The notes under the pieces: generated by a model
Seen by the model: only the letters and a program-made list of their open reading frames with translations
Databases searched by the model: none
What the model was told of the DNA's origin: nothing
Translations under genes and position numbers: made by a program
NCBI GenBank assembly: GCA_023953845.1
Contig: JAMLJC010000002.1
Location: forward strand, 55,421-119,420
Reading direction: 5' to 3'
DNA from: Rhizobiaceae bacterium
Lineage (GTDB): Bacteria > Pseudomonadota > Alphaproteobacteria > Rhizobiales > Rhizobiaceae
Length of the DNA stretch: 64,000 bases
Shown here: positions 27,920 through 36,582 of the stretch, in pieces
Numbering within the stretch: position 1 is the first letter of the stretch
Layout: the number at the start of each line of letters is the position of its first letter

Positions 27920-29252
27920 GCTTCAGGGCAGTGCCGACGCGCGCCGGAACGTCAGCCTGGACTCCGTCCTGGCGGAGGCGCGGCAGCGATTCACGGACGC
28001 AAATCCAAAGAGCCTTGCGCGCCACAAGGAGGCATCCGCCTCGCTGCCCGGCGGCAACACGCGGGCCGTCCTCTGGTACCGGCCGTTCCCGGTTTCCTTC
28101 GTCTCGGGCGACGGCTGCCGGGTGACCGATCTCGACGGCCACACCTATGTCGACCTCGTCTCCGAATACAGCGCCGGCTTCTATGGCCATTCCGACAAGA
28201 CGATCGCGGCGGCGCTGGTCGAGGTCATACAGGGCGGCATCATGCTCGGCGCGCCGAACCGCTACGAGGCGCGGCTTGCTGCGGCGGTGGTCGACCGCTT
28301 TCCAGCCATCGAGCGCGTGCGTTTCTGCAATTCCGGCACCGAGGCCAACATCATGGCGATCTCGGCAGCCCGGGCGATCACGGGACGCTCGAAGGTGCTG
28401 GCCTTCCGCGAGGGCTATCATGGCGGTGTGCTGACCTTCGCCCATGGCGGCTCGCCCCTCAACCTGCCGTTCCCGTTCGTCTTCGGCGACTACAACGATA
28501 TCGACGGCACGACCGCGCTGATCCGCGAGCATGCCGGCGATATGGCCGCGGTCATCGTCGAGCCGATGATGGGCGGTGGCGGCTGTATTCCGGCAACCCG
28601 CGAATTCCTTCAGGCTCTGCGCGACGCGACGCGCGCCAACGGTGTCCTGCTGATCTTTGACGAGGTGATGACGTCGCGGCTCGATTATCATGGGCTGCAC
28701 GGCGTACACGGCATCACCCCCGATCTCGTCACGCTCGGCAAGTATATAGGTGGCGGCGCCAGCTTTGGCGGCTTTGGCGGTCGCGCCGACCTGATCGACC
28801 GCTTCGATCCGGCGTCTCCCAAAGCCTTCTCGCATGGCGGCACCTTCAACAACAATATTCTCAGCATGGCGGCGGGCTTCACCGGCCTCACCAGAGTGCT
28901 GACGCAGGAGGTGAGCCGGGCTGTCAACCAGCGCGGAGACAGATTGCGTGAAGCCATGAATGCAGCGCTCGAAAAGCATGGCGTCGAAGGAATCGTGCTC
29001 GGCCGGGGCTCGTTGATGAACCTGCACTTCGTCAAGGGGCCGGTCGATACGCCGGCTCCGCTCGATGCCGCCGACCCCTCGCTGATCGCGCTCTGGCATG
29101 TCGAGATGCTGCTGCGCGGATATTACGTGACGCCGCGCGGCATGCTGGCGCTGTCGCTGCCCTTCGGCGACGCCGAGCTTGCCGGTTTCGTCGACGCCTT
29201 CGACGATTTCCTCTCCAGCAACCGGCAGGTGCTGCCGTCGCGGGCCGCCTGA
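27918..29252 (+). CDS. class III aminotransferase (glutamate-1-semialdehyde aminomutase-like)
   Basis: LPGGNTRAV...FCNSGTEANIMAI...FDEVMTSRL. ATG 27918 is preferred over TTG 27900. Confidence 0.85.
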   Translation: MLQGSADARRNVSLDSVLAEARQRFTDANPKSLARHKEASASLPGGNTRAVLWYRPFPVSFVSGDGCRVTDLDGHTYVDLVSEYSAGFYGHSDKTIAAALVEVIQGGIMLGAPNRYEARLAAAVVDRFPAIERVRFCNSGTEANIMAISAARAITGRSKVLAFREGYHGGVLTFAHGGSPLNLPFPFVFGDYNDIDGTTALIREHAGDMAAVIVEPMMGGGGCIPATREFLQALRDATRANGVLLIFDEVMTSRLDYHGLHGVHGITPDLVTLGKYIGGGASFGGFGGRADLIDRFDPASPKAFSHGGTFNNNILSMAAGFTGLTRVLTQEVSRAVNQRGDRLREAMNAALEKHGVEGIVLGRGSLMNLHFVKGPVDTPAPLDAADPSLIALWHVEMLLRGYYVTPRGMLALSLPFGDAELAGFVDAFDDFLSSNRQVLPSRAA

Positions 29253-29998
29253 TGCTGGACCGCAGGGAAGGAACTGGCAGCGTCTTGCCGGAAACCGCGC
29301 ATGTGCGCGTGCATGCCGGGCTGAAGGAAGCGCTGATGAACGGCGATTTTCTACCCGGCCAGCGTCTTGTCGTGCGGCAGATTGCGGAACAATTCCGCAC
29401 CAGCGCCATGCCGGTGCGCGAGGCGTTCCGGCAACTGGTCAGCGACGAAGCGCTGTTCGACCATCCCAATCGTGGAGTCATCGTGCCGGAAGCGACGGTG
29501 GCGCGCATCTCCGACCTCGTGCGGGTACGCTGCAATGTCGAGGGCACGGCCGCCGAATGGGCGGCCACGACCATCTCCGAGGCGGAAATCGAAGAACTGG
29601 TGCGCTTGAACGAGCGGATGCATCGCTGCGTCAGGGGGGATGAGATGGCGGATTACCTGACGGTCAATCGCCACTTCCATTTCGCCGTTTATCGCGCCGC
29701 GCGCTCGCCGGTCCTGCAGCAGATCATCGAGAAGCTATGGCTGCGCGCCGGTCCGTTCCTGAACATCGTGCGCACCGACACGGCCTATGTGCTGGGGCTC
29801 GTCCACCATGACGAGATCATCGACGCGCTGCGCCGGGCGGACGGCCAGGCAGCGCGCCGTGCGCTGGTCGCCGACCTGACCGAGGCGGCCGACATCATCT
29901 TGCGTGCCGCTACGGCGCCGGTGGCGTTCCAGAGCCGATCGCGCACGGCAACGTCGAGGCGACGTTCTGCTACCTCCAGCAAGGCGCCGGCGAAGTGA
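29252..29998 (+). CDS. GntR family transcriptional regulator (FCD domain)
   Basis: HTH (RQIAEQFRTSAMPVREAFRQL). The start overlaps the aminotransferase stop (TGATG). Confidence 0.85.
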   Translation: MLDRREGTGSVLPETAHVRVHAGLKEALMNGDFLPGQRLVVRQIAEQFRTSAMPVREAFRQLVSDEALFDHPNRGVIVPEATVARISDLVRVRCNVEGTAAEWAATTISEAEIEELVRLNERMHRCVRGDEMADYLTVNRHFHFAVYRAARSPVLQQIIEKLWLRAGPFLNIVRTDTAYVLGLVHHDEIIDALRRADGQAARRALVADLTEAADIILRAATAPVAFQSRSRTATSRRRSATSSKAPAK

Positions 29999-31104
29999 CC
30001 GCCGCCGCCTCGCCGAGCGCGACCCACGTCCATTTTCGTGGCGTGAGCAAGCGCTACGGCGAGACGGTGCTGGCGGTCCAGAATCTCGACCTCGAAATTC
30101 TCCGCGGCGAGTTCCTGACCCTGCTCGGGCCGTCCGGCTCGGGCAAGACGACGGCGCTGATGATGCTCGCCGGCTTCGAGGATCCGACCGCAGGCGAGAT
30201 TCTGGTCGACGGCCGCCGCATCGACCGCGTACCGGCCAACCGCCGGGGCATCGGCATGGTCTTTCAGAACTATGCGCTGTTTCCGCACATGACGGTGGCC
30301 GAAAACCTCGCCTTTCCGCTGGAGGTGCGCAAGCTGGGCAAGGATGCGATCGTCCAGCGTGTCAAAAGCGTTCTCGACATGGTGCAATTGCCTGGCCTCG
30401 GCAACCGCCGCCCGGACAAGCTTTCCGGCGGCCAGCAGCAGCGCATCGCGGTGGCGCGGGCGCTGATCTTTCAGCCGAAGCTCGTTCTCATGGACGAGCC
30501 GCTTGGCGCGCTCGACAAGCAATTGCGCGAGCAGATGCAGTTCGAGATCAAGGACATCCATGCGCGCCTCGGCGTGACCTTCGTCTATGTGACGCACGAC
30601 CAGACCGAGGCGCTGACCATGTCGGACCGCATCGCGGTCTTCAATGCGGGGCGCGTCCAGCAACTGTCCACGCCGAACGAGCTCTACGAGCGGCCGCAGA
30701 CAAGTTTTGTCGCGAGCTTCATCGGCGAGAACAACAAGATGCCGGGGACGGTCGAGGCTGTCTCCGCGAATGGCGAGCTCTCGGTGTCGCTTTCAGGCGA
30801 AGGCGGTACACTGCGTGCCGTCTCGCCCGGGCGCATCCTGTCAGCGGGCGCGCCAGTCATGCTCTCGGTTCGCCCGGAACGCGTCGCGCTGGTCTTTGAT
30901 GCCGCCGCAATGTCGAACGAACTGTCGGCGACGATCGTCCAGTCCGTCTACGTCGGCGACCACATCCGCGTCGTGGCCCGCACCGCAGGCAATTTCCAGT
31001 TCGTGGTCAAGCTCGCCAACACGCCGTCGCTGCCGGAATTGTCGCCGGGCTCGACGATCCGCCTGGGCTGGCGCAGCGAGGATTGCCTCGCGCTCGATCC
31101 ATAA
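29995..31104 (+). CDS. ABC transporter ATP-binding protein (PotA-like)
   Basis: Walker A GPSGSGKTT, signature LSGGQQQR, Walker B LVLMDEP. GTGA overlap with the GntR stop. Encoded on the opposite strand from its presumed permeases. Confidence 0.85.
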   Translation: MTAAASPSATHVHFRGVSKRYGETVLAVQNLDLEILRGEFLTLLGPSGSGKTTALMMLAGFEDPTAGEILVDGRRIDRVPANRRGIGMVFQNYALFPHMTVAENLAFPLEVRKLGKDAIVQRVKSVLDMVQLPGLGNRRPDKLSGGQQQRIAVARALIFQPKLVLMDEPLGALDKQLREQMQFEIKDIHARLGVTFVYVTHDQTEALTMSDRIAVFNAGRVQQLSTPNELYERPQTSFVASFIGENNKMPGTVEAVSANGELSVSLSGEGGTLRAVSPGRILSAGAPVMLSVRPERVALVFDAAAMSNELSATIVQSVYVGDHIRVVARTAGNFQFVVKLANTPSLPELSPGSTIRLGWRSEDCLALDP

Positions 31105-31137
31105 CCCGCAAAAGACCGAAGGACCCCGGGGGAAACC

Positions 31138-32073
31138 ATGCAGCCGTCGTCGAAAGTCATCATCACCTGTGCCGTCACCGGGTCCGTTCACACGCCGACG
31201 ATGAGCCCCTATCTGCCCATCACCCCGTCCGAGATCGTCGATGCCGCGGTGGGGGCTGCGGAAGCCGGCGCGTCGGTGATCCACCTGCATGCGCGCAATC
31301 CCGAGACCGGGAAGCCGTCTCCCGATGCAAAGCTGTTCATGGATTTCCTGCCGCGCATCAAGCAGCAGACCAACGCGGTCATGAATATCTCCACCGGCGG
31401 CGGCCTTGGCATGAGCCTGGAGCATCGGCTGGAAGCCGCGCATGCCGCCAAGCCGGAACTTTGCTCGCTCAACATGGGCTCGATGAATTTTGCGCTTCAC
31501 CATGTCGTGCCGAAATTCCCGGACTGGAAATACGATTGGGAGAAGGACTATCTCGAGGCCACCAAGAGAGGTATCGTCTCGAATACCTTCGAACAGATCG
31601 AGCGTATCATCGTCGAAGTCGGACAGGCCTACGGCACCAAGTTCGAATTCGAATGCTACGATGTCAGCCATCTCTATACGCTGGCGCATTTCCTCGACCG
31701 CAAGCTTTTGACGCCGCCGCTCTTCGTGCAGACGATCTTCGGGCTGCTGGGCGGCATCGGGCCCGATCCGGAGGACATGCTGCATATGCGTCGGACCGCC
31801 GACCGACTGTTCGGCAAAGACTATCTGTGGTCTATCCTCGCGGCCGGCAAACATCAGATGAGTCTGTGCACCATGGGTGCTATCATGGGCGGCAATGTTC
31901 GCGTCGGTCTGGAAGACAGCCTCTATGTCGGCAAGGGCGAACTGGCGAAAAGCAACGCGGAGCAGGTTGCGAAGATCAAGCGCATCCTCGGCGAACTGTC
32001 GCTCGACGTGGCGACGCCGGCGGAAGCACGCGAACTGCTGAAGCTGAAGGGTGGAGACGAGGTCGGATTTTGA
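31138..32073 (+). CDS. 3-keto-5-aminohexanoate cleavage enzyme family (BKACE / DUF849)
   Basis: VIITCAVTGSVHTPTMSPYLPITPSEIVDAAVGAAEAGASVIHLHARNP, typical of BKACE. Confidence 0.9.
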   Translation: MQPSSKVIITCAVTGSVHTPTMSPYLPITPSEIVDAAVGAAEAGASVIHLHARNPETGKPSPDAKLFMDFLPRIKQQTNAVMNISTGGGLGMSLEHRLEAAHAAKPELCSLNMGSMNFALHHVVPKFPDWKYDWEKDYLEATKRGIVSNTFEQIERIIVEVGQAYGTKFEFECYDVSHLYTLAHFLDRKLLTPPLFVQTIFGLLGGIGPDPEDMLHMRRTADRLFGKDYLWSILAAGKHQMSLCTMGAIMGGNVRVGLEDSLYVGKGELAKSNAEQVAKIKRILGELSLDVATPAEARELLKLKGGDEVGF

Positions 32074-32495
32074 ACGAACGCGGCATCGTCACCTACGCCG
32101 GCGTCATTCACCCCTGGATGTGCGATGCGATGGGGCATCTGAATGTCCGACACTACGTGGCGATGTTCGACGACGCCAGCTTCCAGCTTCTCGGTCGCAT
32201 CGCCGGCCAGGGGGATGCTGACAACGGGCTCGGATGGGCCGATGTGCGCATGGAGATTGAGTACAAGCATGAGACCTCCGCCGGCACTTTGATCACGGTC
32301 TACAGCCATGTCGAAAAGGTTGGCGTGTCGTCACTTACGTATCTGCACGAGATGTACGGCACGCTCGACGGCGTTCTCCACGCGCAGATGCGCACGGTTA
32401 CGGTGCGGTTCGACTTGCGGCAGCGCAGCAAGATCGAACTCGATCCGGCAATCAAACGGAGGGCGATTGATCTTCTGGCAGACGGGCACAAGTGA
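32070..32495 (+). CDS. hotdog-fold acyl-CoA thioesterase (4HBT-like)
   Basis: Only the last ~141 codons of ORF 31083-32495 look real (NERGIVTYAGVIHPWMCDAMGHLNVRHYVAMFDDA...). The likely start is TTG 32070, overlapping the BKACE stop (TTGA). Confidence 0.7.
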   Translation: MNERGIVTYAGVIHPWMCDAMGHLNVRHYVAMFDDASFQLLGRIAGQGDADNGLGWADVRMEIEYKHETSAGTLITVYSHVEKVGVSSLTYLHEMYGTLDGVLHAQMRTVTVRFDLRQRSKIELDPAIKRRAIDLLADGHK

Positions 32496-32653
32496 TCGTC
32501 ACTGGCGTAACGTCTCTCGTGACAACCCGCGCAGCGCCTGATCACGGGACATTCGTCACAGGCCCTGCGCCCAGCGCATTCCGGCATACGGCTTGGCGTC
32601 GTGGACTTCCGCCACGGCAACCGGTATCCTGTCTGTTCGCCTGGAGAGGCACC

Positions 32654-34597
32654 ATGGAGCGCCGTCTCGCAGCCATTCTTTTCGCCGACGTGGTCGGTTA
32701 CAGCCGGCTCATGGAGGCAAGCGAAGCCGCGACGCTGGCGGCAATAAGAACACGCCACAAGGAAATCGTGGTCCCAGTGGTCGCCGGCCACAAGGGGCGG
32801 ATTGTCAAGCTGATGGGCGATGGGATGCTGCTGGAGTTTCCCAGCTCCGTCAGCGCGGTTGAGTGCGCCATTGAACTACAGGTCGCGATGGCCAAGGCGA
32901 ACAAAGGAGTGGCGCCCGATCGGCAGGTGCTCTACCGCATGGGCATAAACATGGGTGACGTCATCGTCCAGGACGATGATCTTTATGGCGACGGCGTCAA
33001 CATCGCCGCGCGTCTGGAAAACCAGGCCGACCCCGGCGGCATTGTGATCTCCGATACGGTGTACGGGCAGGTCCGCAGCAGGGACGAGTTCCGTTTCAGC
33101 GACCTGGGGGAGCGTACGTTGAAGAACATCGCCCGGCCGCTGCGAGTCTACAGCGTATCGGGGGCGCGGTCGGCAGGTGCGACGGACGACGCTACGGCCA
33201 TTTCGAAGCCCGGCATTCCGATTGTCGTGCTGCCATTTGCCAATGTCAGCGGAGATCCGGAGCAGGAATATTTCAGCGACGGCATAACCGATGACATCAT
33301 CACAGACCTGTCGAAGATATCGGCCCTCAACGTGCTCTCGCGCAGCACCGCCTTCACCTTCAAGGGCGGCGCGATCAACATCAACCGGATCGCGAAGGAC
33401 CTCAAGGTCTCCTATGTCGTCGAAGGCACCGTGCGCAAATCCGGCGGCCGCGTGCGCATCGGCGCGCAGCTTATCGACGCGGTGCGCGACACCCATATCT
33501 GGGCGGAACGTTACGATCGCGAATTCAGCGACGTGTTCGCGCTCCAGGACGAGTTGTCCCGTGCGATCGTGTCAGCGCTGAAGGTCCGCCTTCTGCCGCA
33601 GGAGCGGCAGGCGATCGAGACACGTTCGACTTATGACAGCGAGGCGTATCGGCTCTATCTGATGGGCCGTCAGTATTTCGAACTGCGCGGCGCGCGGAAT
33701 TATGAGATCGCATTGCGGTTCTGCCGCCGGGCGCTTCAGGCCGATCCCGACTATGCCCGCGCCTGGGCGCTGTCGGCGCTCTGCCTGTCCTATCTGAGCT
33801 TCAGCGGACAGACCTCGGATTCCGGCTTCGAAGCGGCGCGAAAGGCGTTGACCCTCGATCCGACGCTTGCCGAGGCGCATTCCGCCATGGGGCGCATTCT
33901 CGCCGAGCAGGGGCGGTTCGAGGAGGCGCTCGTCGCGCACCGGGAATCGCTGCGCCTCGACGCCAATTCCTTCGATGTGCACCAGAACCTCGGAACGACC
34001 TGCATCGAGTTCGGATTGCTCGATGAGACGATCTGGCATCTCGACCTGGCGTCGCGGTTGTCGGAGACGGACTACACCGCACTCAATCTGATGGCGCTGG
34101 CGCTGCGTTCGGCCGGCAGGCATGAAGAGTTCGTCACTACGACCTATCGCGCGCTCGAGCGTATAGAGAAATCCGTGCTGAAACATCCAGACAATACGAA
34201 CTCACTGGCGCATGGGGCGCTTGCACTCGCGCGTGTCGGCGAAAAGGAACGCGCCAGCGAATGGATCGACCGGGCGATGATCATCGAGTCGAACGACACC
34301 ACAGATCAATATAATATGGCCTGCGCATTGGCGCAGATCGGCGACTTCGACGCTGCAATGGATCTGCTCGAAGCATGTGTCCCGAAAATGCCAGCGGAGT
34401 TCGTGCTTTGGTTACCCAAGGATTTCGATCTCGCGCCGATCCGCGATCATCCCCGCTATGCGCAGCTTGTTTCAGATTGCGAGGCGCGATTGGTCCACTG
34501 CTCAATGGAATCGGATCCCCAGCGAACGAAGACGCGTTCGCGGGCAGCGGTCGACCCGATCGGCATCGACAGCGTGAAGGTGGAGCGTGCCGGATAA
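32654..34597 (+). CDS. class III adenylate/guanylate cyclase with TolB-N-like and TPR domains
   Basis: Start reassigned to ATG 32654 (MERRLAAILFADVVGYSRLMEASE...KLMGDGMLLEFPS..., cyclase homology domain). C-terminal TPR-like repeats. Confidence 0.85.
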   Translation: MERRLAAILFADVVGYSRLMEASEAATLAAIRTRHKEIVVPVVAGHKGRIVKLMGDGMLLEFPSSVSAVECAIELQVAMAKANKGVAPDRQVLYRMGINMGDVIVQDDDLYGDGVNIAARLENQADPGGIVISDTVYGQVRSRDEFRFSDLGERTLKNIARPLRVYSVSGARSAGATDDATAISKPGIPIVVLPFANVSGDPEQEYFSDGITDDIITDLSKISALNVLSRSTAFTFKGGAININRIAKDLKVSYVVEGTVRKSGGRVRIGAQLIDAVRDTHIWAERYDREFSDVFALQDELSRAIVSALKVRLLPQERQAIETRSTYDSEAYRLYLMGRQYFELRGARNYEIALRFCRRALQADPDYARAWALSALCLSYLSFSGQTSDSGFEAARKALTLDPTLAEAHSAMGRILAEQGRFEEALVAHRESLRLDANSFDVHQNLGTTCIEFGLLDETIWHLDLASRLSETDYTALNLMALALRSAGRHEEFVTTTYRALERIEKSVLKHPDNTNSLAHGALALARVGEKERASEWIDRAMIIESNDTTDQYNMACALAQIGDFDAAMDLLEACVPKMPAEFVLWLPKDFDLAPIRDHPRYAQLVSDCEARLVHCSMESDPQRTKTRSRAAVDPIGIDSVKVERAG

Positions 34598-34623
34598 TTG
34601 GCTCGTATGGACAGAGATAGTCC

Positions 34624-35367
34624 TCAACCAAAGTCACGTACGATCGGACTCTCCATCGCGTTTCGGAAGTCGACGAAGAAGCCGGTTTCCTCCAGCGTGA
34701 AGGCCGCTGCTGACGAGGTCGATCCGGTTTCAAGCGCATGCTTCACGCGGGCCAGCAATTCCACGCCGTCCAGCATCTTTTGGTTTACCCGGTTTCGCAA
34801 GATCCGCTCGCGGCTTTCGGCGCTGACGGCACCAGCCGAACGGGCATTGTAGGCATCGATGACGCGGCCCAGATCGCGGCGCGCGTAGAACGTCGCGGCA
34901 GCGATGCCGGCGATCCGGGTAGCGGTTTCGTCGCTGATCAGCGAGCATGCGACCGCGTTGGCCAGCGTATAGCGGATGTTCACCAGCGCTTCCGACAGAT
35001 GGGGGAAATCCAGTTCGGCGGGGCCGTGTTCGATAGCAACCTCGTCATCACGCGTCAGCCGCCCTGTGGCGAAGTCACGGAAGATCGCGCCGATGCCGAT
35101 CATGCCGAATGAGTGCAACTCGGCGGCGCGCAGCGCGCCCATGCTTGCCGCGCCGTATACCGCGCAGCCGCGCGTCATCGCCCACAATATTTCCTTGTGC
35201 AGGACCGAGGGCACGGTCTTGAAGCAACCGTCGACCAGACCGATCAGCCGCGTGCCTGCCAAAGCGGCGCGGTAGATATCGCCGCGCCGGGCCGGCGGAC
35301 GCCAGTCGAACGCCTCATCACGCGGTATCGATCGCAATGTCGGACCGGCAAAGATCACTGGTTTCAT
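34624..35367 (-). CDS. tfuA: TfuA-like protein
   Basis: MKPVIFAGPTL...PPARRGDIYRAALAGTRLIGLVDGCFKTVPSVLHKEILWAMTRGCAVYGAASMGALRAAELHSFGMIGIG...DDEVAIEHGPAE. ATG 35367 overlaps the YcaO stop (ATGA); an alternative ATG is at 35373. Confidence 0.85.
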   Translation of the reverse strand: MKPVIFAGPTLRSIPRDEAFDWRPPARRGDIYRAALAGTRLIGLVDGCFKTVPSVLHKEILWAMTRGCAVYGAASMGALRAAELHSFGMIGIGAIFRDFATGRLTRDDEVAIEHGPAELDFPHLSEALVNIRYTLANAVACSLISDETATRIAGIAAATFYARRDLGRVIDAYNARSAGAVSAESRERILRNRVNQKMLDGVELLARVKHALETGSTSSAAAFTLEETGFFVDFRNAMESPIVRDFG

Positions 35368-36554
35368 CGCCATGCTCCGGCGGATTGCGCCCGCTTGCCT
35401 GGACTGTAGTGGCGAGCGTACGGGAAGGTCTCGAGGCCGGGCACGACGACCCTTGCGAAGGCCAGTTGTGGAGAACGGCTTTTCAGATCCACAGCGATTG
35501 CTTGAGCAAAGCCCGCCGCCGTCAGCCGGTCGAGCAGCCAGACGAGCATCTCCGCCGAAGACCTGCCGGCGCACGCGACTTCGACAAGTGGGACCTCGCT
35601 CGAGCCGAACGGCAATGGCGCGGTCGAGCAGTAATGGCGCGGGCGTAGATCGTCGCGAGCGCCCGAAATCAGCAGAGCACGGGTCTGTATCGCCTCAAAA
35701 AGCGCGCCTTTCAACGCGATGGCGGGAATTGGATGGCAACCTGCGCCATCCGTCGCGATGGCTATGTTCAGGGGACCGTTTCCGCGCTCGACCAGCCGAC
35801 AATAGAAGCAGGGAACCCCAATCTCCGTCGTGATGTCCCACGTGATGACGTCTACGCCGAAACTGAGGCAGTTGCTGCGAAAGATCAGCGCGTCCGCATC
35901 GTCTACGGTGCTCCAGTCGATTCGCGCAAAGCGATCCTTTTGCGACGCATGGAACACCGCGACCGCATCGCCCTCGATGACCTCGCACAATCCATGCAGC
36001 ACCGCTTCGGTCATGTCGGCGCCGCCGCCGAGGCCATTGCTGGATATGACATAGCCGTCATTGCTCCGCTCCGTTTCGACGCGAAAATCAGTGTGAACGA
36101 GGCCAAAGGGCACGGCAGCCAGCGATCCGGAGATCAGTTCGCAGCCAACCGTCATCGCAAGCGAAGGCCAGGGCCTGGTCGGTCGCCGGGCATCGGCGGC
36201 ACGCGGCAATGCAGACAGATCCGGCACGATGCAGCCGCCGGGAAGATCGGAGAAAGGCACCCGATCGGAGAATATCTCGGCATGGAAAATCTCCAGGCCC
36301 TCCATCAATCCGGAGACCCGAGCTTCAGCCAGAGTTGCACCCTTACCGGATGCGATGCTGAGGGCGCGCGAGTTTGGGCGGATGACCGAGACCACGTTGA
36401 GCCCGATTTCGTCCAGCCCGCTGATGTCGGCCACCCGCGTGATGCCCGCCTGCCGCTCCAATGCGCGGCATGCCGCCAGCGTATCGTCGAGGGACGCAGC
36501 GGCCGATGCTCGTCGTGACGTAAAGACCGACGCGGCACTATCTCGGACGATCAT
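35364..36554 (-). CDS. YcaO-like family protein (TfuA-associated type)
   Basis: GITRVADISGLDEIGLNVVSVIRPNSRALSIASGKGATLAEARVSGLMEGLEIFHAE...SSNGLGGGADMTEAVLHGLCEVIEGDA. In-frame start candidates are ATG 36554, GTG 36575 and TTG 36578. The long ORF start at 36659 would overlap the upstream gene. Confidence 0.85.
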   Translation of the reverse strand: MIVRDSAASVFTSRRASAAASLDDTLAACRALERQAGITRVADISGLDEIGLNVVSVIRPNSRALSIASGKGATLAEARVSGLMEGLEIFHAEIFSDRVPFSDLPGGCIVPDLSALPRAADARRPTRPWPSLAMTVGCELISGSLAAVPFGLVHTDFRVETERSNDGYVISSNGLGGGADMTEAVLHGLCEVIEGDAVAVFHASQKDRFARIDWSTVDDADALIFRSNCLSFGVDVITWDITTEIGVPCFYCRLVERGNGPLNIAIATDGAGCHPIPAIALKGALFEAIQTRALLISGARDDLRPRHYCSTAPLPFGSSEVPLVEVACAGRSSAEMLVWLLDRLTAAGFAQAIAVDLKSRSPQLAFARVVVPGLETFPYARHYSPGKRAQSAGAWR

Positions 36555-36582
36555 CGCCGAAGCCGCCGCAATCACCAACCCG

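Noticed and set aside
27867-29099. 410-aa minus-strand ORF
   Set aside because: It is antisense to the class III aminotransferase, which has clear family motifs. The composition is junk-like.
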